Shown: positions 20,609 through 32,498, counted from the first letter of the stretch. The stretch is 64,000 nt of DNA from Kofleriaceae bacterium (GCA_965215005.1 CBDCCZ010000018.1:96001-160000), one strand, 5' to 3'. Program-made: numbers and translations. The notes: a model not told the origin generated them from the letters alone.

Positions 20609-21238
20609 TCATAGGCGAAAGATCAGCCGCACGATGATCGGAATCTCGGCCAGCGGATCGATTCGCACGCCGTTCTCGCGCGCTTCGAAGTGCAAGTGTG
20701 GGCCGGTGGAGCGACCGGAGGTGCCGACGTTGCCGAGCAGCTGCCCCGCTGTCAGCGTAGAGCCGACCGCCACCCTCACCCGCGCGAGATGCGCATAGTA
20801 GGTCTCGAGCCCATCGCCGTGATCAACGATGACGATGCGGCCGTAACCACTCATCCACCCCGCCTTCACCACGGTTCCAGCCGCAGCGCTGCGCACCGGT
20901 GCTCCGTAGCGTGCGGCGAAATCGATGCCGCCATGGAATCGTCGCCGGTGGCGCAGCGGGTCACGCCGATAGCCAAAGCTCGACGATAGCTCCCCGGCCA
21001 CAGGAACCAACATCAGACGCGGCGCACGCGTCTGACGCTCGAACCAATCCTGCTTGGCGGCGAGACGGATGAGAAACGAGCGAAACGGCAGCGCTGCCAG
21101 CGCGGCGCCGGCCTCGGCGAGCGTGGCCTCGACCGCGAGCAACCTAGGAGCGGCGGGTCGCGCACCGGCAGGCGCGCCTAGGAGCATACCGATCAGCACC
21201 GTCGCACAAGTCACCGCAGATAAACCAAAGCGCTGCAT
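20609..21238 (-). CDS. M23 family metallopeptidase, secreted
   Basis: FHGGIDF (HxxxD), GYG, YAHL, STGPHLHFE (HxH); signal-like N-terminus. Confidence 0.92.
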   Translation of the reverse strand: MQRFGLSAVTCATVLIGMLLGAPAGARPAAPRLLAVEATLAEAGAALAALPFRSFLIRLAAKQDWFERQTRAPRLMLVPVAGELSSSFGYRRDPLRHRRRFHGGIDFAARYGAPVRSAAAGTVVKAGWMSGYGRIVIVDHGDGLETYYAHLARVRVAVGSTLTAGQLLGNVGTSGRSTGPHLHFEARENGVRIDPLAEIPIIVRLIFRL

Positions 21239-21253
21239 GATGCAGCGGCCCTG

Positions 21254-21269
21254 TGCAGCGGATGTGCCA
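21254..21269 (-). promoter_or_regulatory. Candidate sigma54 promoter of the M23 peptidase gene
   Basis: Minus strand reads TGGCACATCCGCTGCA (TGGCAC-N5-cTGCA). Confidence 0.5.
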
Positions 21270-21376
21270 CGCGCGAAGGCCACCGATTCCGCGTCGATTT
21301 AGCCGCCCTGGTCGCGCGGACTGTTCGAAATTCGGAAGGTCCTGCCGAATTCCGAAGGGTTGCCCACCGTGTAGCG

Positions 21377-22615
21377 CTAAGGCTCCGCGCGCTCTTGCGG
21401 CGGCAGATGCAGGCCGAAGCCATCGTGCAACGTGCGCAGCGCGAGCTCGGCATACTTCTCGGCGATGACGCAGCTGATCTTGATCTCGCTCGTGGAGATC
21501 AGCTGAATGTTGATGTTCTCGTGCGCCAACAGTTGAAACATCCTCTTCGCTACGCCGGCGTGGGAGCGCATCCCGACGCCGACGATCGATACTTTGGCGA
21601 TCTGATCGTCGTAAGCGAGCCGGTCCTCGCCCACCAGCGCTTCGGCTTCGGTACGTAAGATGTCGATGGCCCGTTTGCGGTCGCCGCGCGGCACCGTGAA
21701 CGTCATGTCGGTCGAGCCATCGGAGCTCATGTTCTGGATGATCATGTCGACCACGATCTGGGCGTCGGCCAGCGGCGCGAAGATCTTGGCCGCGACGCCG
21801 GAAACGTCGGGAACGCCGCGCAGCGTGATCTTGGCTTCGTCGCGCACGACGGTGACTCCGGTGACGAGGACTTGTTCCATGGCTTGGTCCTCCGGCACTA
21901 CCCAGGTGCCAGGCTCGAGCTTGAACGCCGATCGCACATGAATAGGAACGCCGTATTTCATGCCGAACTCGACGGAGCGAATCTGCAACACCTTGGCGCC
22001 GAGCGAGGCGAGCTCGAGCATCTCTTCGTAGCTGATTCGATCGATCTTGCGCGCAGTGGGCACCACGTTGGGGTCGGTGGTGTAGACGCCGTCGACGTCG
22101 GTGTAGATCTCACACGCGTCAGCGCGCAGCGCAGCGGCAATGGCAACGCCCGTGGTGTCGGAGCCGCCGCGGCCGAGCGTGGTGATGTTTCCCTGGTCGT
22201 CGATGCCTTGAAATCCGGCGATAACCGCAATCTTGTCGGCGGCAAAACACTGATGAAGCGCGTCCGCGTCGATAGAACGAATTCGCGCGCGCGAGTGCAT
22301 GCTGTCGGTCGTGATCTTGACTTGATGGCCGAGAAACGACTGCGCTTGACCGCCGAGCTGACGTATCGCCAACGCCAACAGCCCGACCGTCACTTGCTCG
22401 CCCGTAGCGACGATGACATCGACCTCGCGGTCGTTGGGATCCTCGCGCATCTGCCGCGCCAAGGCTAAGAGGCGATTGGTCTCACCCGCCATTGCCGATA
22501 CCACCACCGCCACCTGGTTGCCCGCCCGCTGGGTTGCAAGGCAGCGCTCAGCCACGTGACGAATGCGCTCGCTGTTGGCCACTGAGGTGCCGCCATACTT
22601 TTGCACCACGAGCAT
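21377..22615 (-). CDS. lysC: Aspartate kinase
   Basis: [25 protein letters not shown], two ACT domains ([17 protein letters not shown]). Confidence 0.96.
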   Translation of the reverse strand: MLVVQKYGGTSVANSERIRHVAERCLATQRAGNQVAVVVSAMAGETNRLLALARQMREDPNDREVDVIVATGEQVTVGLLALAIRQLGGQAQSFLGHQVKITTDSMHSRARIRSIDADALHQCFAADKIAVIAGFQGIDDQGNITTLGRGGSDTTGVAIAAALRADACEIYTDVDGVYTTDPNVVPTARKIDRISYEEMLELASLGAKVLQIRSVEFGMKYGVPIHVRSAFKLEPGTWVVPEDQAMEQVLVTGVTVVRDEAKITLRGVPDVSGVAAKIFAPLADAQIVVDMIIQNMSSDGSTDMTFTVPRGDRKRAIDILRTEAEALVGEDRLAYDDQIAKVSIVGVGMRSHAGVAKRMFQLLAHENINIQLISTSEIKISCVIAEKYAELALRTLHDGFGLHLPPQERAEP

Positions 22616-22705
22616 CGTGCTCAAAGCATACACGGAGCCGAGGTTCGCGCGATACCGGCGGCTCGGCTGCCAGCGGCCTCGCCAGCGCGTCCCTTACAAT
22701 GCAGC

Positions 22706-23029
22706 ATGGCAACCGATACGTTGATCGTCTACGTCACCTTTCCTGCCGGCAAAGGCGCCGAGGTCGCACGAGTCTTGGTCCAAGAGCAGCTGGTCGCCTG
22801 CGTCAATCTCGTTGCCCCCGTCCGCTCGATCTACGCATGGCAAGGCCAGGTGCATGATGATGCCGAAGAGCTCGCAGTCATGAAGACCACCGCGCAGCGC
22901 TACGCTGCACTGACCACTCGCGTGCTCGAGCTGCATCCGTATGACGTTCCCGAGATCATCGCGACGGATATCGACCGCGGCCACCCGCCCTACTTGGACT
23001 GGCTCATCGCGCAGACGGCGCCGCGCTAG
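22706..23029 (+). CDS. cutA: Divalent-cation tolerance protein CutA
   Basis: LVACVN, SIYAWQG, KTT, HPYDVPEI, YLDW. Confidence 0.93.
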   Translation: MATDTLIVYVTFPAGKGAEVARVLVQEQLVACVNLVAPVRSIYAWQGQVHDDAEELAVMKTTAQRYAALTTRVLELHPYDVPEIIATDIDRGHPPYLDWLIAQTAPR

Positions 23030-23079
23030 TCAACCACGCGAGGAGCTGCCGCGCTGCTCATTCATTTTCTTCGAGCCGC

Positions 23080-24363
23080 TCATGCGAATACCTCGCGAGC
23101 GCGCCGCGCAAGTCCCCACGCTACCGACGTGAGCTCCTCGCCGCCCACCACTCGCTCTTGCCCAAAACGCCGCGCGAGCAGCGCGTGCACCGCCGGCACC
23201 AATGACGAGCCGCCGGTGGCGAATACTCGCTCGACCTCGGCGGCCCCCACGCCAGCGCGAGCCAGAACCTCGTCGAGCGCCGCTTCGATGCGAACCAGGT
23301 CGCGCTCGATCCAGTCTTCGAAGTCGCTGCGAGTGAGCTCCGCGTGAACTTCGAGCGGCCAATGCACCAGCTCGAAGGGCGCGCGCTGCCCCAGCGAGAC
23401 GCCGAGCTTGCTGGCTTCGATCGACCGGTGCAGCGGCAATCCCAAGTCGTTCTCGACCAGGTGTACGAACCGCTGTATCTGTTCCGGCTCATCCGCTCCT
23501 TGCTGAATGCGCTCGAGCAGCTGGAGGGCCTTCGGAGTGCGCAAGAACGACAACTGATGCCAACGGCGAAGCTGGGCGAACAGCCACGCAGGCACCGGCG
23601 CAGTCCCCGACATGGGAACAGAAAACTGGCTTCCCTTGCCGAGCAGCGGCGCGATCAAGTGGTCGATGATGCGCCCGTCGAAGGTGTCACCGCCGATGCC
23701 GACACCGCTGGTCGCCAGCACCTCAGCACCCCCGCGATTCACCGACGGACCGACCTTGGCGAGCGAAAAGTCGCTGGTGCCGCCGCCAAAGTCGGCGATG
23801 AGAACCAGCTCGTCGTGATCGAGTCGACAGGAGTAGCGGTGCGCTGCAGCCACTGGCTCGTACTCGAAAACGATATCGACGAATCCGGCGAGCTCGAGCG
23901 CCTTGCGCATCCGCGCCACCGCCCGCGCATCATCGGCATCATCGCGCGCGCCCCAGTAGCGCACCGGCCGGCCGCACACGACCCGATCTCCGAGCTCGCG
24001 GCCAGCCGCTTGTCGAAGCCGCATCAGAAAGCTGGCGATGAGCTCTTCGAGAGTCCATCGCCTGCCCGCAATCATCGTGCTCGTAAAGCTCGAGCTCGCC
24101 AGGTGGGACTTGATCGACTGCACCAGCCGACCCTCGCCTTCGGCGGCGATGAATCGCTCGATGGCGGCAGGGCCAGCGAAGACATTATCGCTGCGGCGGT
24201 CACCGGCTTCGATGAACAAGATGCTGCGCCAGGTGCCAAGTGTGGCCCCCGCGGGATCGGGCAACGCGACGAGCTCGGTCGCGCCGCCGTCGGTGGTGAG
24301 CGCCACAGCGCTGTTGGTGGTGCCAAAGTCGAGGCCGAGGTACTGCTGGTTCAAAGCTCGCAA
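23080..24363 (-). CDS. yegD: Hsp70 family protein, YegD-like
   Basis: GLDFGTTNS, GRPV, YEPVAAA, DFGGGTSDFS, IGGDTFD, TGGSSLVP; no substrate-binding domain. Confidence 0.85.
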   Translation of the reverse strand: MRALNQQYLGLDFGTTNSAVALTTDGGATELVALPDPAGATLGTWRSILFIEAGDRRSDNVFAGPAAIERFIAAEGEGRLVQSIKSHLASSSFTSTMIAGRRWTLEELIASFLMRLRQAAGRELGDRVVCGRPVRYWGARDDADDARAVARMRKALELAGFVDIVFEYEPVAAAHRYSCRLDHDELVLIADFGGGTSDFSLAKVGPSVNRGGAEVLATSGVGIGGDTFDGRIIDHLIAPLLGKGSQFSVPMSGTAPVPAWLFAQLRRWHQLSFLRTPKALQLLERIQQGADEPEQIQRFVHLVENDLGLPLHRSIEASKLGVSLGQRAPFELVHWPLEVHAELTRSDFEDWIERDLVRIEAALDEVLARAGVGAAEVERVFATGGSSLVPAVHALLARRFGQERVVGGEELTSVAWGLARRAREVFA

Positions 24364-24411
24364 ACCTACTAGCGACGCAACACACAGAGCTCTGGCGACA
24401 ACGGCTGGCGT

Positions 24412-25056
<645 letters not shown>

Positions 25057-25097
25057 CTAGCTCCTGCTCCTGGCCCCGTTTCCGGTGGGCCATCCTA

Positions 25098-26507
25098 TCA
25101 TTGATTTTTCCCACTCTCCGCCAACCGATCCAGGTTCTTGGCAACCATTTCGGCGCGTTCGCCGACCGTGGGATCGGCCTTGCGCTCGCCGCGCGCAGCA
25201 TCGGCCTGCTCACCCCACCAACCACGTAGGCGGGTTCGGTCAGAAACCAGCGCTCGGACGCGGCTTGCGTCAGCAGCCGCACTGCTGGCCAATCCGAGTG
25301 AATTGAGAATCTCGATTCCGGTGACGCGAGCGTAAGGATTTGCCGAGGCGAGCAGCGTGCGTGCACGAGCCGCGACCTCTGCGCGTGATTCCATGGCCAC
25401 CGCAGAGCGCCAAATAGCGCCCTCGAGCTGCGCCCGTTCGAGCGCTGCCGCGGCCGGCAACGCCTCGGCCACCGGGATGATGGCCTCGACGCCGCCGCAG
25501 CGCAGTGCGGCGTTGGCGCCGACCCAGCGCAGCTGTGCATCGCCGGGTTGCGCGATGAGCTCGACCAAGCCCGCAAAGCACGCCGGCGCCCCCACCGCAC
25601 CCACGAGCTCGACCGCATCGTTCACGATTCTTGCGGAGTACTTGCGCCCATTGGCGAGCGCCAGCAGTCGTCGCACGTGCGGCGCAAGGCCACGAGCGCC
25701 ATCCGCCGCTTTGAACAGCCCATCGGGGTCGATATACGCCGTGTGAAGCGCCGCCATCGCGCGCTCGGGCAGCGTCGGATCGATGCGGTCAGCTTCGACC
25801 AAATCGAGCAGCAAGCCGGTCGCGTCGGGATGGCCGACCACCGCTAAACCGAGCAGGAGGTCGTCCTCGACTTTGTTACGGCGGCCCGCACTGTCGGGCG
25901 GCGTTGCAAGGAGTGCGTTCGCGCGCCGCACGATGCCCTCGCTGGCAGCAGTGGCGTTGGGCCCGTGGGCGATCGCCGCGAGGATCTGCGAGCCGAGGAA
26001 GCGGCCCGTCTGTGCGCGACCGCTGTAGTAGCCGCCGGTGAGCCACTCGATGAGTAGCTCGTCGATGCGCCGCTGGTTGTCGGTGTCGGCGAGCGCGCGA
26101 AGCTCGAACAGGGCGTCTTTGGCGACGATCTGGGCCGGCGCTGGAACACCTCGTTCTGCATCCATTCGAGCATCGCTCCAAAGCCGTGGCACAAGCGCGG
26201 CAACGACCGGCTGCCGCGCTTCCTCGCGCATCGACGCGAGCCGCTCGAGCACCTTGGCAGCCGCGTCGCGATGGATGAGGTTTTGTGCCGCGTGCGCGCG
26301 AAGGTCGGCATCGAGCTCGGCGTCATTGAGCGCATCGGCTAGCTTGCCTGGGCCTTTTTTGGTCTGCGCCCAGTCGTCGATTTTTTCGTGGCTCGGTTGC
26401 CCGCAGCCGCCTGCCATCGTGCTCAACGAGAGCACCAAGCCAGCGGCTATCAGCGCCCCCCGGCGCCGCCAAGTACTACCCACCATGACGCTGCCAGATA
26501 CTTGCAA
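25098..26507 (-). CDS. HEAT-repeat-like lipoprotein (start uncertain)
   Basis: RRR-hydrophobic-AGGC lipobox-like signal; all-alpha HEAT-like repeats. Confidence 0.72.
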   Translation of the reverse strand: MQVSGSVMVGSTWRRRGALIAAGLVLSLSTMAGGCGQPSHEKIDDWAQTKKGPGKLADALNDAELDADLRAHAAQNLIHRDAAAKVLERLASMREEARQPVVAALVPRLWSDARMDAERGVPAPAQIVAKDALFELRALADTDNQRRIDELLIEWLTGGYYSGRAQTGRFLGSQILAAIAHGPNATAASEGIVRRANALLATPPDSAGRRNKVEDDLLLGLAVVGHPDATGLLLDLVEADRIDPTLPERAMAALHTAYIDPDGLFKAADGARGLAPHVRRLLALANGRKYSARIVNDAVELVGAVGAPACFAGLVELIAQPGDAQLRWVGANAALRCGGVEAIIPVAEALPAAAALERAQLEGAIWRSAVAMESRAEVAARARTLLASANPYARVTGIEILNSLGLASSAAADASRVRALVSDRTRLRGWWGEQADAARGERKADPTVGERAEMVAKNLDRLAESGKNQ

Positions 26508-26630
26508 GTGTCTCTCCTGACTAAGGAAAACGCGCGGCGGATGATACGGGGCAGCCCCAGGCGAGTCAATTGCTGGCGCCGCAGCGGCGCAGCTGGGAGC
26601 GCGGCGCGAAATCGTCTACTGTGTCGGTTC

Positions 26631-28040
26631 ATGCGGCCCTGGGTGATCCTCGCGCAGCTCGCGCTGCTTAGCCGCCTCGCCGTCGCTGCGCCCCTCGAGG
26701 ACACCACGGTCGGCGGCGCCGTGTTCACCGGCCCAACGCAGGCCCATCCCACCGCGATTCAAGTCAACCCAGCAGCGCTCGGGCTCGGCACCCGCGGCAG
26801 CTGGACCCTCTACATCGCCGGCAGCTTGCAGCTCGATCAAATCGGCATCGACCGTCGCAAGGTCGACGCCACCGGCACCGCTGTCGCGGACGAGAACGTG
26901 AGCGCGCGGGTGTTTTCGCCCGCCGGCACGATTGCGGTCTACAAGGTGCTCTCGACCAACGTAGCGCTCGGCGTCTCGTTTGGCCTTCCGCTCAGCGAGA
27001 GCTTCATCGCAGATCGCGACGCGCTTCGCTACCACACCCTTGGCGGCTATTTTCGCCAGTGGTCGCCAAACGTCGCGGTGTCGTTTCGACCCACGGAGCG
27101 CCTCTACGTTGGCCTCGGCACGTCCCTGGCGCGCGGCTCGCTGCGGCTGCAGTTCGCCCGCGACACCGCGCTCGAGGCCGGCACACCTGGGGTCCAGAGC
27201 GACTGCGGCGGCGCCCCTTGCGGTGTTGAAAATCCCCTCGCGAGCGAGACCTACACGATCGACACCCGCGGCCCGTGGATCTCCAGCACCAACATCGCGC
27301 TCACCGCGGGGCTGGTTTTTCAGCTTGCCGAACGCTGGTGGCTGGGCGCCGCCTACCAAAGCCCTCCTGGGTTCTTATCGGCGCTGCGCCTCGACGGGGA
27401 GGTCACGGTCGAGCGCGCGCCCCGCGATGGCGGCGGAACCCTCAAAGGCAGCGCCGAGGTCGTGTATCGCTTGCCGCAGACGTTCTGGCTGGGCCTGCGG
27501 GGAGCGGTGCTGCCAGGGTTCGAGCTCGTCATCGCGGCGCGTTATCAAAATCTATCGGAACAGAATCGGTTCGACGTGCGGCTGTTCGGTGGCGAGCTCG
27601 TGGGCACCGATATTCCAGAGTTCTATCCGCGCTATCGCGGCTTGGCCGATACCGTGGCCGTCGACCTCGGCCTCGAACAAACCGAGCGCGCCGCCCTGCG
27701 ACTGGGCGGCCGCCTTCGTTTTGAATCGGCAGGTGCCGAGACCGAAGCGCTTTCGCCGTTGCAAGTTGCCATGCACAACGTGACCGCCAGCGTCGGCGCC
27801 GAGCTGCGGCTCAGCCCGCGCGTCGTCCTCACCGCCAGCTACGGGCTCAGCTATTTTCTGCCAACCACCGGCGGCAGCGGCTTTGATCCGCTGGCGCGCA
27901 TCGCCTGTGTCGATAGCAACTTCGAGCTCGAGGCGTGCCGCGCAGCCGCCGAAGGGCGCGCACTTCCCACCGCGCTTGCTGACTACGAGCGCATCTCTCA
28001 CGCGCTGCGACTCTCCCTGCGCGTGCCGTTGAGTTTTTGA
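26631..28040 (+). CDS. OmpP1/FadL-family outer-membrane beta-barrel transporter
   Basis: Signal peptide, AIQVNPAALG (FadL NPA motif), amphipathic strands, C-terminal Phe. Confidence 0.8.
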   Translation: MRPWVILAQLALLSRLAVAAPLEDTTVGGAVFTGPTQAHPTAIQVNPAALGLGTRGSWTLYIAGSLQLDQIGIDRRKVDATGTAVADENVSARVFSPAGTIAVYKVLSTNVALGVSFGLPLSESFIADRDALRYHTLGGYFRQWSPNVAVSFRPTERLYVGLGTSLARGSLRLQFARDTALEAGTPGVQSDCGGAPCGVENPLASETYTIDTRGPWISSTNIALTAGLVFQLAERWWLGAAYQSPPGFLSALRLDGEVTVERAPRDGGGTLKGSAEVVYRLPQTFWLGLRGAVLPGFELVIAARYQNLSEQNRFDVRLFGGELVGTDIPEFYPRYRGLADTVAVDLGLEQTERAALRLGGRLRFESAGAETEALSPLQVAMHNVTASVGAELRLSPRVVLTASYGLSYFLPTTGGSGFDPLARIACVDSNFELEACRAAAEGRALPTALADYERISHALRLSLRVPLSF

Positions 28041-28042
28041 TT

Positions 28043-29137
28043 ATGACCACTGTCTTCCTCTATGGTGCCACCGGATTCACCGGCGGCCTGGTTGCCCACG
28101 CTCTCGCCAAGGCCGGCCATCGCCTGATCCTGTCGGCGCGAGATCCGGCTCGTCTAGAAGCGTGTGCTGGCGAGCTCGGCGGCGACGTCGAGCTGCGCTC
28201 CGCGCAGATTCACGACGCGGCAGGCCTAACAGCGGCAATGCGCGACGCGACCGTGGTGGTGAACTGCGCCGGTCCGTTCACCAAGTTGGCCGAGCCCATG
28301 GTCCGCGCAGCGATCGCAGTGGGCGCCAGCTATCTCGATACCGCCGGCGAGCAGCACGTCTTGCGCGGCATCTACGAGCGCTGCGAAGCAGCCGCCCGTC
28401 ACGCCGGCGTCACCGTGGTCAACGGCATGGCGTTTGAAATCGCACTAGGTGATTGGGCGGCCGCGCTGGCGGCTAGCGCGTGCCCCGGAGCGGAACCCTT
28501 CGACGAAATCGCCGTGAGCTACGCGCTCAGCCGGTTTCGGCCGACTCGCGGCACCCGCCTGGCGATGCTCGACAGCGTCGCCGGCGATGGCTCGGTGTGG
28601 AGCGAAGACCGCTGGGTGCCGAGCGCCCCGGCGGCCGAGCGCCGAGTCATCAACTTCGCCCCTGGCGCCGGCGAGCTGCCGGCGGTGTCGTTTCCCTCCG
28701 GCGAGGTCATCACCGTACCGCGCCACGTCGCCACCCGGCGCGTGCAGACGTTCCTAGCACTGGAAGACGCGCCGCAGCTGGCCTCGCTGTCGAGCCTGAT
28801 GTCGCCGGTATTAGGGCTCTTGGCCAAGTCGCCACTTGGCTCCTACGCTCGCGCCCTCGCCGGAGGCGGACCGGCGGCGCCGTCTGAGCTCGATCGCCAT
28901 CACAATCGCTTCGCGATCGTCGCCGAGGCACGGCGCGGATTTCACCGCGAGCGCGTCGCGATCAGCGGCCGGGATATCTATGGTGTGACCGCGGAGCTCA
29001 TCGCTTTGGGCGTGCACGCGCTTTGCACCGGCGCGCCCGCCGCGGGGATCTTGGCGCCTGCGGAGCTGGCCGACCCCGACGAATCTCTGCGCGCGCTCGC
29101 GAGCCGCGCCGAGCTGACTGTGACAACCTCGTTCTGA
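28043..29137 (+). CDS. Saccharopine dehydrogenase-like NAD(P)-binding oxidoreductase
   Basis: [23 protein letters not shown]. Confidence 0.88.
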   Translation: MTTVFLYGATGFTGGLVAHALAKAGHRLILSARDPARLEACAGELGGDVELRSAQIHDAAGLTAAMRDATVVVNCAGPFTKLAEPMVRAAIAVGASYLDTAGEQHVLRGIYERCEAAARHAGVTVVNGMAFEIALGDWAAALAASACPGAEPFDEIAVSYALSRFRPTRGTRLAMLDSVAGDGSVWSEDRWVPSAPAAERRVINFAPGAGELPAVSFPSGEVITVPRHVATRRVQTFLALEDAPQLASLSSLMSPVLGLLAKSPLGSYARALAGGGPAAPSELDRHHNRFAIVAEARRGFHRERVAISGRDIYGVTAELIALGVHALCTGAPAAGILAPAELADPDESLRALASRAELTVTTSF

Positions 29138-30429
29138 TGTCGTGGACTCTGGAAACCGAGCATGCCTTCGGCAGCCGAAGCATGATTCGCCGCTTCGCCC
29201 TGCCCTCCGGTCTCAAAGTGATTCATCTGCGGCAGACCTCCGCGCCGCTATTTTCCTATCAAACCTGGTTTCGCGTCGGCTCGCGTCACGAGCGCCCCGG
29301 CCGCACTGGCATGGCGCATTACTTCGAGCACCTCATGTTCAATCGCACCGAGAGTCGCGAGCAAGGCGAGTTCGATCGGTTAATCGAGCGCACCGGCGGC
29401 GACACCAACGCCGCCACGTGGGTCGACTGGACCTACTACCGCGACTCGTTGCCAGCGCGCGACTTCGAGCTCGCTGTCAGTCTCGAGGCCGATCGCATGC
29501 AGCATCTGCTTCTCGAAGACGAGCAGCTCGAGTCAGAGCGCGAGGTGATCATCAACGAGCGACTCGAGAGCGTGGAAGACGATGTCGATGGCTTCCTCGA
29601 CGAGCAGCTGTTTGCCCACGCCTTCACCTGCCATCCATATCGCTGGTCGACCATCGGTTGGATGGAGGACATCCGCGCCCTCGCCAAGCCCGACGTCCAC
29701 GCCTTCTATCGCACCTTCTATGCGCCGAACAACGCGACGATCATCGTCGTCGGCGATGTCGAAGAGGCGCGCGTTCTGGACACCATTGCCCGCGGCTACG
29801 GCGACATCGCCGCCGCCGAGCTGCCCAGCGAGGAGCACGTGGTCGAGCCCGAACAGCACGGCGAGCGCCGGGTGCGCTTCGCCAAGCCAGTGGTCGCCGA
29901 GCGCGCGATCATCGGCTTCAAATCGCCGGGACAAGCGCATCCCGACTGGCCGGTGCTCGAGCTGATCGCTGCGATCTTGGCAGGCGGACCGTCGTCTCGG
30001 CTGCATCGGCGACTCGTCATCGACACGCAGATGTGCTCGGCGCTCGACGCCGCGGTGATGCCGTTTCGCGACCCGTCGCTGTTTCGCGTGGGCGTCAATA
30101 TGGCGCGCGGTCATCGGCTCGAGGCCGCCGAAGCCGAGCTCGACGCAGCGGTTGCGGCGCTCGCGGCACGCCAGCTCGACACCGCCGAGCTCGACAAAGT
30201 GCGCAGCGGGGTCGAGACCGATTTCTGGTCCGCGATGCAAGACGTCGACGGCAAGGCCGAGAATCTCGGTCACTTCGAGACCACGCTCGGCGATTTTGCG
30301 GAGCTGTTTGCGCAGGCTGGCCGCCTTGCCGCAGTGACCACTGACGACGTCGCTCGGGTCGCGGCCACCTACTTGACCCCAGCGCGACGCACTGTCGTGG
30401 TCGCTGAGCCCGACGGGGAGGCGGCCTGA
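29137..30429 (+). CDS. M16B zinc peptidase, catalytic subunit
   Basis: [11 protein letters not shown] (HxxEH), NAAT, LEADRM, HPY...IG; TGATG coupling. Confidence 0.92.
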   Translation: MSWTLETEHAFGSRSMIRRFALPSGLKVIHLRQTSAPLFSYQTWFRVGSRHERPGRTGMAHYFEHLMFNRTESREQGEFDRLIERTGGDTNAATWVDWTYYRDSLPARDFELAVSLEADRMQHLLLEDEQLESEREVIINERLESVEDDVDGFLDEQLFAHAFTCHPYRWSTIGWMEDIRALAKPDVHAFYRTFYAPNNATIIVVGDVEEARVLDTIARGYGDIAAAELPSEEHVVEPEQHGERRVRFAKPVVAERAIIGFKSPGQAHPDWPVLELIAAILAGGPSSRLHRRLVIDTQMCSALDAAVMPFRDPSLFRVGVNMARGHRLEAAEAELDAAVAALAARQLDTAELDKVRSGVETDFWSAMQDVDGKAENLGHFETTLGDFAELFAQAGRLAAVTTDDVARVAATYLTPARRTVVVAEPDGEAA

Positions 30430-31724
30430 TGTGGCTCGAAGCGGTCCGCGGCTGTCCGATCTTCGTCGATAGCGCCGATGACGTACCACTGGTGTGGTTT
30501 CAGGTGGCCATCCGCGGCGGCGCCGCAGCCGATCCTGTCGACCTCGAAGGCTTCACCAATCACGCCATGCAGCTCGCGCGCTACGGTGCCGGCCACCGCG
30601 GTCGCAGCGCGCTCGACGAAGCGCTCGACACCGTGGGCGCGAGTCTCGATGCGGTGGTCGCCCGCGACTACAGCGCCCTCTCGGGGCTGTGCCTGGCGCG
30701 TCACCTCGATGCGGTCGTTGCCATCGCGGCCGATATTCTGGCTCGCCCGCTGATGCACGAGGACGAGCACGACCGCCTGTTGGCCGAAACCGCCCTCGCT
30801 TTAGATGATCTTCGCGACGACGACAGCTCGCTGGCCACGCGTTACTTCGATCGCCACTGCGTGCCCGGCCATCCCTACGCGCGCGCGGTGTGGGGAACCG
30901 CGGCCTCGCTCGGCAAGATCGAGCTCGCCGAGGCGCGGCAAGCGTATCGGCGAGCGCTAGTGCCAGCGAATCTCGTCATCGGCTTTGCTGGCGATGTCGC
31001 TCCAGCCCGCGCTCGAGCGCTGGCCCAACGACTCGTTGCTGACTTGCCCGACGGCTCGCCACCGGCGCCGCAGCTGGCGTGGCCGAGCGCCTCCCCTGGT
31101 CGCCGCCTGATCGTGGTCGACAAGCCCGAGCGCAGCCAGACGCAAGTGCGCATCGGCCATCCCACTCCGCGCTACGGAACCGCGGATGCCCTGGCGCTCA
31201 CGTTTATCGAGATCATCTTCGGCGGCACCTTCACCTCGCGCCTCATGCAAGAGATTCGCGCCAAGCGCGGCTGGTCGTACGGCGCCGGCTGTCAAATGCT
31301 GCGCTCGCGTGCCGCGCATTGGCTGCGCGTCTATCTCTCGCCGGCAGCAGACGTCACGCCCGAGGCGCTTGCGCTCACCATGGAGCTCTTCGAGGAGCTC
31401 GCCGCGCACGGCATTACCGACGAAGAGCTGGGATTTGCACGCGATTATTTGCTCGGCAGCGCGCCCTTTCACCGCGCAACGCCCCGACAACGCCTGCAGA
31501 CCGCCGTTCGCAACGAGATCTTCGACTTGCCGCGCGACTACAGCGACCGACTCCCCGAGCGCGTCGAGTCGGTAACGCTCGCTGCCATCGAGCAGGCACG
31601 CGCGGCGTGGCTGCGACCAAGCGAGGCGCTCACGGTTCTCGTCGCCACCGCCGATACCATGGTGCCGCGCGTCGAGAACCTGGGCCTTGGCCCCGTCCAG
31701 GTGCTCGCTCACGATTCCTACTAG
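30429..31724 (+). CDS. M16B peptidase, non-catalytic partner subunit
   Basis: HxxEH absent; GGTFTSRLMQEIRAKRGWSY (R/Y motif); TGATG coupling. Confidence 0.9.
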   Translation: MWLEAVRGCPIFVDSADDVPLVWFQVAIRGGAAADPVDLEGFTNHAMQLARYGAGHRGRSALDEALDTVGASLDAVVARDYSALSGLCLARHLDAVVAIAADILARPLMHEDEHDRLLAETALALDDLRDDDSSLATRYFDRHCVPGHPYARAVWGTAASLGKIELAEARQAYRRALVPANLVIGFAGDVAPARARALAQRLVADLPDGSPPAPQLAWPSASPGRRLIVVDKPERSQTQVRIGHPTPRYGTADALALTFIEIIFGGTFTSRLMQEIRAKRGWSYGAGCQMLRSRAAHWLRVYLSPAADVTPEALALTMELFEELAAHGITDEELGFARDYLLGSAPFHRATPRQRLQTAVRNEIFDLPRDYSDRLPERVESVTLAAIEQARAAWLRPSEALTVLVATADTMVPRVENLGLGPVQVLAHDSY

Positions 31725-31730
31725 CTCCTA

Positions 31731-32498
31731 CTAGCGCTCGACAACCGCTACAGCCCGGCGCGCGCGAGCCGGATCATTGGTGATGATCGCGTCGACGCCA
31801 AGCTCGGCGAGATGACGAATGCGCGTTTCCTCATCGACCGTCCAGGCATTGACCAACAGACCGCGGCGCTGCCAACGGCGCAGCGATTGCCGGTTGATCA
31901 GCTCGTGATCCGGGTGCACCGCCGCTAAGCCCAACATCATTGCGGGCCAGCCGCGCCGGAGCGCCAACGACTGGCGACGGTGGCAGAGATAGCCACACGG
32001 AACGTGCGGCGCGCGCCCTCGCACCTCGGCCAGCACCCCTGGATCGAAGCTGGAAATCAAGACTCGCGAGTGGTCCCCAATCCGGCGCAGTGCTGTCAGC
32101 ACCGCGGTGGTGGTGCGATGCGCGCCACCAAGGCGCCGCGACTTGATTTCCACGTTCACTAGCGCGTCAGCAGCGAACGCTAAGACGTCCTCCAGCAGCG
32201 GGATCGCGCCGCCGCCACGCAGCTCGACACGCCGCAGCTCACGCCACGGCAGCCTAGCCACCGCCTCCGGGCGCCCCGCCAGCCGCTGCAGCTCGAAGTC
32301 ATGGAACACCACCGCCTCGCCCGTTCGACAAACGTGCACGTCGAGCTCGATGCCGTCGGCGCCATCGGCGAGCGCGCGAGCAAACGCCGCCATGGTGTTT
32401 TCTGTCGCGAGCGCGCTGGCACCGCGATGGCCGAGCACCAGCGGCCGCGATGAGTTCGCCGAGCGCCACGAGTGAGCCGATGAGTTCCAAGGTCGCAC
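31731..32498 (-). CDS. Glycerophosphodiester phosphodiesterase
   Basis: GHRGAS, ENT, IELDV, NVEIK, SSF, AWTVD, GVDAIITNDP. Confidence 0.93.
   Translation of the reverse strand: MRPWNSSAHSWRSANSSRPLVLGHRGASALATENTMAAFARALADGADGIELDVHVCRTGEAVVFHDFELQRLAGRPEAVARLPWRELRRVELRGGGAIPLLEDVLAFAADALVNVEIKSRRLGGAHRTTTAVLTALRRIGDHSRVLISSFDPGVLAEVRGRAPHVPCGYLCHRRQSLALRRGWPAMMLGLAAVHPDHELINRQSLRRWQRRGLLVNAWTVDEETRIRHLAELGVDAIITNDPARARRAVAVVER

Noticed and set aside
29142..30344. Long alternate-frame or antisense ORFs (also 48439-49689, 23344-24372, 58221-59183)
   Set aside because: Arg/Ala/Ser-rich shadow frames typical of high-GC DNA that overlap well-supported genes
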